NCBI GenBank assembly: GCA_963796835.1
Contig: CAWCND010000009.1
Span: 38,859 to 102,858, forward strand
Direction of reading: 5' to 3'
Length of the DNA: 64,000 nt
DNA from: Candidatus Aminicenantes bacterium
Lineage (GTDB): Bacteria; Acidobacteriota; Aminicenantia; Aminicenantales; Saccharicenantaceae
In this document: in pieces, positions 12,841 to 21,803 of the stretch
Numbering within the stretch: position 1 is the first letter of the stretch
Layout: each line of letters opens with the position of its first letter
Notes under the pieces: model-generated
Seen by the model: only the letters and a program-made list of their open reading frames with translations
What the model was told of the DNA's origin: nothing
Databases searched by the model: none
Made by a program: the position numbers and the translations under genes

Positions 12841-13259
12841 GTTCAGGGGCTTTCCGGCTCCCCATTGTAGAAGACGCGACGGCATTAGTAAATAGACCAT
12901 CCATCGGTCTGGTCAGGGATGAACGAAACGACCACAATGCGGGCTTATCCTTCAAGGAGCACCGATTTAGGATTAGGGCTGAGTGGATGGCTGAAGCGAT
13001 AGAAGTTAAATGCGCAGGGGGTGTTCCCGGAGCCGCCCAGAAGAAGAGTTCAGGACTCGATCCGGATATTTTCCAGAAGTGCGGCTCCGCCACACTTCTG
13101 CCGGTCGCTCCTCAGAATCCGCCCCGCTAAGAAGCGGGACTGCCCGCTTCTGGACAATTACGGCAAGAGGCGGGACGGCTCCCTGCCCCAGGGAATCCCC
13201 CGAGCTCAACTCTATTAAAAGGCTGAAGCCGTCCTCGTCGCCCCATAAGGAAGGGGAGT

Positions 13260-13901
13260 CTATTTCGAGGCGCGGAAGACCTTGACTTTCTTCAGGAACC
13301 CTTCGCCGATGCTCTCACTGGTGATGCCGGGGACCTGGTTGACGGCGATGTGGACGATCCGGCGCTCATAAGGGTTCATGAAATCCAGGACCTCGTCACG
13401 GCCGGACGCGGAAACCTGCTCCGCGACCTTCTGGGCGAACTCCTGGAGCTTTTTCTCCTTCCGCCGCCTGTAGAATTCGCAATCCACCTGGACCTTCACG
13501 GGCGAAATCTTGTTGAAGACGTGTTGGAAGGCGAGCAGGAGCGCTCCGTCGTTGCGGAGGAGGAGGTTCTTGTCGGGGCCGTCAAAGATGATGAAGACGA
13601 TATCCGGGCGCTTCTTGATCTGATACGTCAGCTCCAGGGGAAAATGGGGCATGACCTTTTCCAGGAACAGGTCGACCGCGTTCTCTTCCTCTTCCTTTAT
13701 CGCCCAGGCCCGGATCACGATCTCCTTGCCCTTGATGCCGAAGAGCTTGGTCTTCTCCGTGACGATCTCGTAGTTGAATTTCCCCCGGGGGAGCTTCAGC
13801 CGGTCCTCGGCCAGGCTGATGGCCTCCTCGAGGTTCCGGCCCTTATATTCCTGTCCCTCGACGGCCGGTTGTCCGTTCTCAGTTTTTTCTTGGTTTTCCA
13901 T
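13260..13901 (-). CDS. jag: Jag/KhpB (EloR-like) RNA-binding protein with KH and R3H domains
   Basis: The gene sits downstream of yidC. The R3H-like C-terminus (ERRIVHIAV) is present. Confidence 0.8.
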   Translation of the reverse strand: MENQEKTENGQPAVEGQEYKGRNLEEAISLAEDRLKLPRGKFNYEIVTEKTKLFGIKGKEIVIRAWAIKEEEENAVDLFLEKVMPHFPLELTYQIKKRPDIVFIIFDGPDKNLLLRNDGALLLAFQHVFNKISPVKVQVDCEFYRRRKEKKLQEFAQKVAEQVSASGRDEVLDFMNPYERRIVHIAVNQVPGITSESIGEGFLKKVKVFRASK

Positions 13902-15549
13902 CGGGTTCTCTCTTATGGCGGCCCATCATGCGGTTCATGATGGCCTGCTGGGCGATCTGAAGCACGTTCGTGGTCAGCCAGTAAAGGACCAGGCCGCTCT
14001 GGAAGGTCATGAAGAAGAACGTCATGATGACGGGCATGATCAGCATCATTTTGGCCTGGGAGGGGTCGGCCGAGGTCGGCGTCATCTTCTGGGAGATGAA
14101 TTGGGTGATACCCATGAGGACAGGCGTCACATAGTAAGGGTCCTGGACGGACAGGTCCTGGATCCAGAGGCCGAACGGGGCGTGGCGGAACTCGACCGAA
14201 GCCACCAGCATCCGGAAAACGCCCCAGAAGATCGGGAGCTGGATGAGGAGCGGGAGGCAGCCCCCGGCGGGGTTGACCCCGTGCTCCTTGTAGAGCTTCA
14301 TCATCTCCTCGTTCATCTGGCGCCGCTGGTCGATGTCGGACTTGGCCTTTTTGTACTTGGCCCGGATGGCCTTGACCTTGGGCTGGAGGTCGGCCATCCT
14401 GGACATGGACTTCGTCGAGCTGTAGGTCAGGGGGAAGAAAATGATCTTGATGACGAGGGTCAGGAGGATGATGGCCATGCCCCAGTTGGGGACGAGCTTG
14501 TAGAAGAACTTGACGGACACGAGGAGGACCTCGGCGATGCTGCCGAACACGCCGAAATTGATGACTTTTTTAGTTTCGTGGCCGAAGGCCTTGAGGGCGT
14601 CGAAATCCTTTGGCCCGATGAAAGCCGCCTGCGGTTGGGAGACCGAGAGGAAGTAGGCCGCCGCCTTGCCCTGGCCCTGAGACTCCTGGAGGAACGCGGC
14701 TTGTCCCCTCTGGGCGGGCAGGATGAAGATCGCTGCGAAATAATTTTCCTCGTAGGCGGCCCAGTCGACGAAGTTAAAGGTGCTCGTTTCGGCCTTGTAT
14801 TTCTTGACGTCCATCCGGTTGACCTTGCCGCCGGTATAGATAGCGGCTCCGGTGACCGCCGTGAATTTACCCTTTAGCTCGGCCGGAGAGGGGTTGCCGA
14901 TGCCCGGTCCCCAGAGGAGGGAGGGCACAATCTCCTGGCCGTTCTTCCAGACGTGAAGCTCGATCTCCATCTGGTAGGTCCCGCCGGTGAAGCGGAAGAT
15001 CTTCTCGGCCCGGACGGACCTTCCGTCGGAATAGGAAAATTTGATCTCATCCTTCTGGCCGTCCTTGAGGATGAGGCTCGCCCGGGAGGCTTCAAACAAG
15101 GCCGAATTAAGGGCCGCGGCAAGGGCGGCGTCGTCGCCGCCCAGGGAGAAGGGGTATCGTCCGATCTCCTGGGCCGTCTCCGGGACGAGCTCCAGGGGCT
15201 CCTTCTTGTCGTTCGTGTGTTTCTTGAGCTTCCAGCTCTTGAGGACGCCGCCTTGATTGCTCCAGGAGGCCTGATAAAGAGGGGTATCGACCGTGACTTC
15301 CTGCTTGGCCTGGGCGACCGTGGCCTTGAGGCCTTGTGAGGAAATGGGCTGGCCGGAAGCCTTGGGTTCCGGCGTAGCCGGGGGGACCTGGCCCCCGGGC
15401 TGGGCCTGTGCCTCTGCCTGTTTTGCCACAGGGACGGGCGCGCTCACGGGCGCTGTTTCCGTCTGAGGCTTGGGCTTCACGAAGAGAAGCTGGTAACCCA
15501 TCAGGACCAGGAAGGAAAGGACGATGGCCAGGATCAATCGTTTTTCCAT
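13879..15549 (-). CDS. yidC: Membrane protein insertase YidC
   Basis: N-terminal TM helix, large periplasmic domain, and the conserved C-terminal 60 kDa IMP core (PLLIQLPIFWGVFRML). Confidence 0.95.
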   Translation of the reverse strand: MEKRLILAIVLSFLVLMGYQLLFVKPKPQTETAPVSAPVPVAKQAEAQAQPGGQVPPATPEPKASGQPISSQGLKATVAQAKQEVTVDTPLYQASWSNQGGVLKSWKLKKHTNDKKEPLELVPETAQEIGRYPFSLGGDDAALAAALNSALFEASRASLILKDGQKDEIKFSYSDGRSVRAEKIFRFTGGTYQMEIELHVWKNGQEIVPSLLWGPGIGNPSPAELKGKFTAVTGAAIYTGGKVNRMDVKKYKAETSTFNFVDWAAYEENYFAAIFILPAQRGQAAFLQESQGQGKAAAYFLSVSQPQAAFIGPKDFDALKAFGHETKKVINFGVFGSIAEVLLVSVKFFYKLVPNWGMAIILLTLVIKIIFFPLTYSSTKSMSRMADLQPKVKAIRAKYKKAKSDIDQRRQMNEEMMKLYKEHGVNPAGGCLPLLIQLPIFWGVFRMLVASVEFRHAPFGLWIQDLSVQDPYYVTPVLMGITQFISQKMTPTSADPSQAKMMLIMPVIMTFFFMTFQSGLVLYWLTTNVLQIAQQAIMNRMMGRHKREPDGKPRKN

Positions 15550-15560
15550 ATCGTTTCCTC

Positions 15561-15770
15561 TCAGGGCACGGGGTCGATCCCGCCCTCATGAAAAGGGTGG
15601 CACCGGAGGAGCCTTCTGACTCCCAGGCCTGTCCCCTTGATCAGGCCGTACCTTTCGATGGCCTCATACGTGTAGGACGAGCATGTCGGCTGGAACCGGC
15701 AATGGATTCCCAGGAAAGGGGAGAGGACGGCTTGATAGGCCTTGATCAGGATGAGCGCGACCCGTTTCAC
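15561..15770 (-). CDS. yidD: Membrane protein insertion efficiency factor YidD
   Basis: [33 protein letters not shown] is a textbook YidD sequence. Confidence 0.95.
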   Translation of the reverse strand: MKRVALILIKAYQAVLSPFLGIHCRFQPTCSSYTYEAIERYGLIKGTGLGVRRLLRCHPFHEGGIDPVP

Positions 15771-16123
15771 GATGAAGTCCGTTTCTTCTTGATCGATTCC
15801 AACGCCTGAAAATAGCCGGCCCTGAACTCCCGCGTGCCGAGGCCCAGGATCTCCTTTCGGGTCACGAAGATAAGGTCCATAGGCTCTGCCAGAAGGCCCT
15901 TGTTCCGCCGAAAGATGTCACGGATCCGCCGCTTGACCCTGTTGCGCGCGACAGCGGGCCCGACCTTCCTGCTGACGACCACGGCCAGCCTCGAGAAACC
16001 GAAAAGGTTGGGCCGGTAAACCAGGTTGAAATATCGCCCTCGAAAGCGGCTGCCGTTCCTATAAAGACTTGTGAAGTCCTTTTGGCTGCGGATCCTCTCG
16101 CGAGGCGTCAGACGCTCATTCAT
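15767..16123 (-). CDS. rnpA: Ribonuclease P protein component
   Basis: A basic 118 aa protein. The RnpA RNR motif region is present ([14 protein letters not shown]). Confidence 0.9.
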   Translation of the reverse strand: MNERLTPRERIRSQKDFTSLYRNGSRFRGRYFNLVYRPNLFGFSRLAVVVSRKVGPAVARNRVKRRIRDIFRRNKGLLAEPMDLIFVTRKEILGLGTREFRAGYFQALESIKKKRTSS

Positions 16124-16257
16124 CCGACAGAGACGCGTTTTCTGCCCTTACGCCTTCTGCTCTTGAGGACTTCTTGACCGCCTTTGGTCTTCATCCGGAC
16201 ACGAAACCCGTGGGTTTTCTTCCGCCTGCGGTTGTTCGGCTGAAAGGTTCTCTTCAT
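16120..16257 (-). CDS. rpmH: 50S ribosomal protein L34
   Basis: Hand translation of the minus strand gives [45 protein letters not shown]. Its TGA overlaps the rnpA ATG. The ORF track misses this gene (it reports a shadow frame at 16148..16330). Confidence 0.9.
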   Translation of the reverse strand: MKRTFQPNNRRRKKTHGFRVRMKTKGGQEVLKSRRRKGRKRVSVG

Positions 16258-16411
16258 TCTCTTTCCACACCTGCAAAGTGAGTATGTTACTCGAACCCCC
16301 CTGGCCTGTCAAGCCCGCAAAAACGGCCATCCAGCCCCGTTCCCCGGCCCCCCTGTTCCACTGGGGTGCCGGGGAACGGGGGGCAGGGAACGACCCGTCC
16401 CAGATACCACG

Positions 16412-16441
16412 TTGACTCTCCCCCCTGTTTTCCGTTATAAT
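16412..16441 (+). promoter_or_regulatory. Sigma-70-type promoter (TTGACT-18-TATAAT) for carD
   Basis: TTGACT lies at 16412..16417 and TATAAT at 16436..16441, 9 nt upstream of the carD ATG. Confidence 0.5.
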
Positions 16442-16449
16442 GGGGGGGC

Positions 16450-16965
16450 ATGAATTCCATGAAAATCGGCGATAAGGTCATCTATCCGAACCAGGGGCTC
16501 AGCATCATCGAGGCCATCGGGAAGGAATCGAGCGGCGAGGGCTCGAATATCATTCACCTGAGGATCATCGCCAACAACACCCTCGTCCAGATCTCGAGCT
16601 CGATGGCCACCGAGATCGGAGTCCGGCGGCCCGTTTCCGAGGGCTCCATCAAGAAGATCTTCATGTTCATGAGGAACGGGGCGGTGGACGTCACGATGGA
16701 CTGGAAGGGGCGGTACAAGGAGCATGTCAACCTGATGAAGTCGGGGACCCTCTTCGACGTGGCCACGGTCATGAAGAGCCTCTATTATCTCAGCTTGATC
16801 AAGCCCCTCTCCTTCCGGGAGAAGAAGATGATGGAGAAGGCCAAGGAGCTCCTCGTCTGTGAGATCTCCGAGGCCGCCGACGTCCCCAGCTCAAAGATCG
16901 AGCACAAGCTCCTCGGGACCCTCGCACGCTGCTTCAAGGACGCCAAGCCGCGGGTCGCCATCTGA
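16450..16965 (+). CDS. carD: CarD/CdnL family RNA-polymerase-binding transcriptional regulator
   Basis: The N-terminal RNAP-interacting domain (KIGDKVIYPNQGLSIIEAI) is present. The size is about 170 aa. Confidence 0.8.
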   Translation: MNSMKIGDKVIYPNQGLSIIEAIGKESSGEGSNIIHLRIIANNTLVQISSSMATEIGVRRPVSEGSIKKIFMFMRNGAVDVTMDWKGRYKEHVNLMKSGTLFDVATVMKSLYYLSLIKPLSFREKKMMEKAKELLVCEISEAADVPSSKIEHKLLGTLARCFKDAKPRVAI

Positions 16966-16975
16966 CACGGACCTG

Positions 16976-18244
16976 ATGTTCCTGCCGGCATTGATCCTTT
17001 TTGTCCTGTGCCTTATCGCCAGCGCTTTTTTTTCTTCCTCGGAGACCGCCTTCATCGCCTCGAGCCCCTATTCCCTTGAACTCGCCGAAAAGCAGGGCTC
17101 CAAACGCGCCGGTCTCGTCCGCAGAATCCTCCACCGGACGAACGATTTCCTGGCGACCATCCTGATCGGCAACACCCTGGTGAACGTGGCCGCGGCCTCG
17201 ATCGCCACCTCCGTTTTCGTCACCCTGGTCCCGGACAGGAGCCGGGCCGTCCTCCTCGCCACGGTCACCACGACCCTCTTCCTCCTGATCTTCGCCGAGA
17301 TCAACCCCAAGACTTTCGCCGCCCACAATCCTCTCCGGACCGCCCTTTTCTTCAGCTATCCGGTCCGGGGGATGATGGTGATATTCTTTCCCTTCGTCAA
17401 GCTTTTCTCCTTCGTCACGGGGCTTCTCGTCCCGTCCTCGCGCGCCCGGCGCGACGGCCCTGCCGGCCGGCTCAGCGAGGAGGAGATCCGGATCGTCGTC
17501 CTTTCCGGCGCCCGCGGCCTCTCCGCCCTGCGCCGCAAGATGATCTCGGGCGCCCTGGACATCAACGCCCGGCCCGTGAAGGAGATCATGGTCCCCCGGC
17601 CCGAGGTCAAGGCCGTCGAGATCGACTGGCCGTGGAGCCGGGTCCTCGAAACGGTCCGCTCGGCGGGCCATTCCCGGTATCCGGTTTACAGGGGCCGGTT
17701 CGACAACATCGAGGGGACCATTCACACCAAGGACGTCATCAGCTATCTTGTTGATAATAAAGATGTTCCTGTTAGGTCCATCCTCCGCCAGCCGCTCTTC
17801 GTCCCCGAGCTCGCCTCCCTCGAAAAAGTCCTGCTCCAGATGCAGGAGAGGGCCGTCCACATGGCCTTCGTCGTGGACGAGTACGGCAACATGGAGGGGA
17901 TCGTGACCCTCGAGGACATCATCGAGGAGGTCGTCGGCGACTTCCGGGACGAACACGACGGGACGGCCGAGGATTGCTTCGCCCGGGTCGACAACGGGGC
18001 TTATCTTATCAAGGGCTCGGCGCCGGTCAAGGAGGCCAACGCCCGGCTCTCCCTGGGCCTTCCGGAAAGGAAGGATTACACAACCTTGGCCGGCTTTCTC
18101 TTATACGAGTTCGGCCGCGTCCCTGCGGAAAAGGATTCCCTGGAGTTCGGCGGTTCAAGGCTGACGGTGGAGAAAATGAACAAGCGGCACATCAGCCTCA
18201 TCCGGGTCGACCTCGGCCCCGCGAAAGGACCCTCGGTGCCGTGA
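16976..18244 (+). CDS. CNNM/CorC/HlyC family transporter (DUF21-CBS pair-CorC_HlyC)
   Basis: TM DUF21 domain, CBS pair and C-terminal CorC domain. The true start is the MFLPALILF codon, internal to ORF 16859..18244. Confidence 0.85.
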   Translation: MFLPALILFVLCLIASAFFSSSETAFIASSPYSLELAEKQGSKRAGLVRRILHRTNDFLATILIGNTLVNVAAASIATSVFVTLVPDRSRAVLLATVTTTLFLLIFAEINPKTFAAHNPLRTALFFSYPVRGMMVIFFPFVKLFSFVTGLLVPSSRARRDGPAGRLSEEEIRIVVLSGARGLSALRRKMISGALDINARPVKEIMVPRPEVKAVEIDWPWSRVLETVRSAGHSRYPVYRGRFDNIEGTIHTKDVISYLVDNKDVPVRSILRQPLFVPELASLEKVLLQMQERAVHMAFVVDEYGNMEGIVTLEDIIEEVVGDFRDEHDGTAEDCFARVDNGAYLIKGSAPVKEANARLSLGLPERKDYTTLAGFLLYEFGRVPAEKDSLEFGGSRLTVEKMNKRHISLIRVDLGPAKGPSVP

Positions 18245-18705
18245 AAAGCGCCGCCCGGACCATCGCCGTCAACAAGCACGTCTCCCATGACTACGAGATC
18301 ATGGAGAAGTTCGAAGCGGGGATGGCCCTCCAGGGAAGCGAGGTCAAGTCCATCCGGGACGGCCGGATCAGCCTCAAGGAGAGCTACGCCGAGGTCAAGA
18401 ACGGCGAGGTCTTCCTCGTCAAATGCCATGTCAGTCCCTACGAGGCGGCCAACATTTTCAACCACGACCCTCTCCGCGACCGCAAGCTCCTCCTCCACCA
18501 CCGGGAGATCAAGCGCCTGGCCGGCAAGATCCAGGAGAGAGGACTGACCCTTGTCCCGACCCGCGTCCTGATCAGCGACCGGGGCAAGATCAAGCTCGAA
18601 CTGGCCCTCGTCCGGGGGAAGCGCGAGTACGAGAAGCGCGAGGCGATCAAGAAAAGGGATACCGACCGGGAGATCCGGGCGGAGATCAAGAAGCGCTGGC
18701 GCTGA
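18241..18705 (+). CDS. smpB: SsrA-binding protein SmpB (GTG start)
   Basis: IAVNKHVSHDYEI...GSEVKSIRDG...LLLHHREIKRL are canonical SmpB blocks. The GTG start overlaps the corC stop. Confidence 0.9.
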   Translation: MKSAARTIAVNKHVSHDYEIMEKFEAGMALQGSEVKSIRDGRISLKESYAEVKNGEVFLVKCHVSPYEAANIFNHDPLRDRKLLLHHREIKRLAGKIQERGLTLVPTRVLISDRGKIKLELALVRGKREYEKREAIKKRDTDREIRAEIKKRWR

Positions 18706-19663
18706 AGCGTCCGGCCAGTCTGACCGCCTCCACCATGCTCAGGGGGCTGGCCACCCCCCTGCCGGCGATGTCGAAGGCCGTGCCGTGGTCGGGGGAGGTC
18801 CGGACGAACGGCAGGCCGAGCGTGGCGTTGACCCCGGACTCGAACGACTCCAGCTTGAACGCGGCCAGGCCCTGGTCATGATAGAGCGCGGCCACCATCA
18901 CGTCCGGCCGGCCCAGGGCCAGCCGGAAAACGGTGTCGGGCGGATAGGGGCCGCTGATGTTGATCCCTTCGGCCCTGGCCGCTTCAATCGCCGGCCTGAC
19001 CTCCCCTTCTTCTTCGGCGCCGAGAAGCCCCCCTTCTCCGGCGTGCGGGTTGAGGCCCGGCACGAGGAACTCGCGCGGGCCTCCCCGGACCCTCCCGGCA
19101 TCCCGGCTGAGGGCCCGGAAGAAATCAAGGAGGACGTCGCGCCGGACCCTCCCGAGAGCCTCCCTCAGGGGGAGATGGTGACTGAGGAGCGCGACCTTGA
19201 GCTTCTCGGACCAGAAGGACATGATGGCGCCGGGATAAAGGCTTTCGAGGTACTCGGTATGGCCGCGCCAGGGGATGCCGGCCAGCTTCCAGGCGGTCTT
19301 GGAGACGGGGGCCGTGACCACGGCATCGAGCGACCCTCTCCGGGCGGCGTCCGCGGCGGCTTCAAAGAAACGGAAAGAGGCTTCTCCGCTCTTGCCGTCG
19401 GGCCGGGCCGGCGCGGGGTCATCGGCCGGAGACGGGACGTCGGACAGGAATATCCCCGGCTCACCGCCTTTCTCCGGACCCCAGGCTTCCGGGCCGAAAC
19501 GGAGACCGAGGGACCCGGCTGCGCCGGCGACAATACGGGAATTCCCGAAAAGGACATAAACGGCCTCGGGAAGCGCGTAGTCCCCGGCCAGCGCTTTCAG
19601 GACGATTTCAGGCCCGACCCCGCCCGGATCGCCCAGGGTCACCCCGATCCTGGGAACGGTCAT
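18686..19663 (-). CDS. pdxA: 4-hydroxythreonine-4-phosphate dehydrogenase PdxA
   Basis: The PdxA family motif (GLNPHAGEGG, HDQGL) is present. The size is 325 aa. Confidence 0.85.
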   Translation of the reverse strand: MTVPRIGVTLGDPGGVGPEIVLKALAGDYALPEAVYVLFGNSRIVAGAAGSLGLRFGPEAWGPEKGGEPGIFLSDVPSPADDPAPARPDGKSGEASFRFFEAAADAARRGSLDAVVTAPVSKTAWKLAGIPWRGHTEYLESLYPGAIMSFWSEKLKVALLSHHLPLREALGRVRRDVLLDFFRALSRDAGRVRGGPREFLVPGLNPHAGEGGLLGAEEEGEVRPAIEAARAEGINISGPYPPDTVFRLALGRPDVMVAALYHDQGLAAFKLESFESGVNATLGLPFVRTSPDHGTAFDIAGRGVASPLSMVEAVRLAGRFSASAS

Positions 19664-20088
19664 TTTTTCTTCTTGAGCTCGTCTCCCGCGGCCCCGGGGG
19701 CCTCGTCCGCCTTGTATAGGCAGCGGATGTTCGTCTTGTAGATGAGCAGGTTCGGGGCGTTGTCACGGTTGAGCTTGATGCAGTTGCGATCGTACCATTC
19801 AATGTACCCCTCGACGATCGTGCCGTCCGTGAAGACGACGGTCATGGGGGTCTTCTTGTTCATCTGCTTGAGGTAGTAGTAGCTCTCGGCGAATGTGTCG
19901 GTCGGAGGATGCATTTTCCGCCGGGTCACGTCCTTGTCGCGGTCCTTGTCCTGGGTCATGTGTTCCTTGAACTCGGAGAGATTGGGCCGGATCAGTTTTC
20001 TGTTCATAGAGTCTTCTCCAAACGATGGGATGGGTTGGAGATCTTTAACTTTATCTCGGATCATAACATCACTCCCCGGCGAATGCAA
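19660..20088 (-). CDS. hfq: Divergent Hfq-like (Sm fold) RNA chaperone with an N-terminal extension
   Basis: The C-terminal 60 aa align to Hfq Sm1/Sm2: TPMTVVFTDGTIVEGYIEWYDRNCIKL against [27 protein letters not shown], and NLLIYKTNI against QMVYKHAI. Confidence 0.5.
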   Translation of the reverse strand: MHSPGSDVMIRDKVKDLQPIPSFGEDSMNRKLIRPNLSEFKEHMTQDKDRDKDVTRRKMHPPTDTFAESYYYLKQMNKKTPMTVVFTDGTIVEGYIEWYDRNCIKLNRDNAPNLLIYKTNIRCLYKADEAPGAAGDELKKKK

Positions 20089-20173
20089 GTTCAGACGGAT
20101 GCCCGAGGCCCGGATGTCACGTTCGGGCGGCGGTCAAGGCCGCCCTGGGGCCCGCGGGGTAGATGGCCCCCTC

Positions 20174-21772
20174 TCAGTTCTGGATATAATCCGTTAACTT
20201 GACGTTCCTGTTCCTCAGGCTGACGCCTAGGGAATGGTCCAGGGAAGCGAGGGACACATTGTAGGCAATGATGGCGTTGAGCTCGGAAGCCTTGGCGTCG
20301 GCGAGGTCCCGTTGATAGGACAGGACCATGTAGTTCGTGCTCTGACCGACCTTGAGCTTCTCCTCTTCGTTGACCAGCTTCTGCTCGGCGAGGACCCGGG
20401 CCACTTTGTAAGCGGTGATCCGTTTGAAATTCGATTCCACGGCCCGGAGGGAGTTCTTGATCTCGAGGACGGCCTGCTGCTGCGTATTCTGCAGGTTCAG
20501 CACGGCATGCTGCAAGTTGACTTTGGCCTGGGCGAGAATCGCTTTTGTTGTGAAATCGCTCATGGGAATGGTCAGGGTCAGGCCGACGTACCAGCCGGGA
20601 TACTTGAAGGCCAGCGTGTCCTTGATGGCGCCGCTGAAGTCGCCGGGGATGGTCCCAATGACCGGGGCCCCAAGGACGGGGTTTCCGTCATACAGGATCT
20701 CGGTCCCGGAGACTCCCGAGCCGGAATAGGAAGTCGAGAGGTTCAGGGCGGGGAGAACCTGGTTCCTGGCATATCTCAGGTTGAGCTGCTGGAGCTCGAT
20801 GCCGAGCTTGGAGGTGGCGAGGTCCGCCCTCAGCTGAAAGGCGGTGGCCAGGGCTTCGTCCAGACTGACCTTGCGTTCCTCTAAGTTCGGGCTGTCCAGA
20901 GCCTTGATCGACCCGATCGCCCTCTGTTCGTCTTCCGGCATGTTGAGCAGGACCTTCAACTGGTCCTCCGCGCTCTTGACCTGGGTTTCGGCCTGGATGA
21001 GGTCGGCCTCCCGGGTGGCGATCTCGGCCTCGGCGGTGAGGACATCCATGGGGGCCATGATCCCGACCTCGACCGAGCGCTGGTTCTTCTCGAGAAGGTC
21101 CTTGGCGAGCTGGACGGAGTACCGCTTGTCGCTGAGGTTCTCGATGCTGTAGACGAGCGCCCAATAAGCGGACTCGACGGAATAGATCGTGTCGAGCAGC
21201 GTCTGCTTGAGCTGCGTGTCGGAGGTGGCCAGGCCGTTCCGGGCGACAAGGATATTATACCGGCTGATATCGTAGCCGAAATTCTGGAGGAGGGGCTGGG
21301 TGAAATTGAAGCTTAGCGTCGTGCCGTAACGGGGGTTGATCGTCTGATAGCTCTGGTTCGAATTGTAACTGTACCCCGTGGCCGAAAGCGAGAACTGGCC
21401 CCCGAAAGGCAGATTTTGCGTGGCCGAGAACGAATAGTTATTCGTCTTGTAGATGACGCTGCCGGACGCGGTAATGAAAGAATACGAAACACTGGCCGAG
21501 TTTTGTTTACTGAAGCCCAGGGAGAAGCTCGGCAGGAAAAATTCCTTGGCCAAGGTCACCGAATTTTCGGCCTGCAGAGGGTTGAGGACCTGGATGGCGA
21601 CTCCGAGGTTGTTCTTGAGAGTTTGGGCGATGCAATCCTGCAGGGAAAGGGAAACCGTCTTCTGGTTCTCCTGGGGCCGGGCCGGGACGGCCAAAACGAT
21701 CAGCAAGAGCCCCAAGGCCCAACGGAACTGTTTTTTCATGATCGACCTCCTCATGGTCTGTGCGCTCTTCAA
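20174..21772 (-). CDS. TolC family outer membrane efflux protein
   Basis: Signal peptide and two OEP repeats. The gene is co-oriented downstream of macAB. Confidence 0.85.
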   Translation of the reverse strand: MKSAQTMRRSIMKKQFRWALGLLLIVLAVPARPQENQKTVSLSLQDCIAQTLKNNLGVAIQVLNPLQAENSVTLAKEFFLPSFSLGFSKQNSASVSYSFITASGSVIYKTNNYSFSATQNLPFGGQFSLSATGYSYNSNQSYQTINPRYGTTLSFNFTQPLLQNFGYDISRYNILVARNGLATSDTQLKQTLLDTIYSVESAYWALVYSIENLSDKRYSVQLAKDLLEKNQRSVEVGIMAPMDVLTAEAEIATREADLIQAETQVKSAEDQLKVLLNMPEDEQRAIGSIKALDSPNLEERKVSLDEALATAFQLRADLATSKLGIELQQLNLRYARNQVLPALNLSTSYSGSGVSGTEILYDGNPVLGAPVIGTIPGDFSGAIKDTLAFKYPGWYVGLTLTIPMSDFTTKAILAQAKVNLQHAVLNLQNTQQQAVLEIKNSLRAVESNFKRITAYKVARVLAEQKLVNEEEKLKVGQSTNYMVLSYQRDLADAKASELNAIIAYNVSLASLDHSLGVSLRNRNVKLTDYIQN

Positions 21773-21803
21773 TGAATTCTCGTCCTCCCGGAGGGGTCCG
21801 GGC

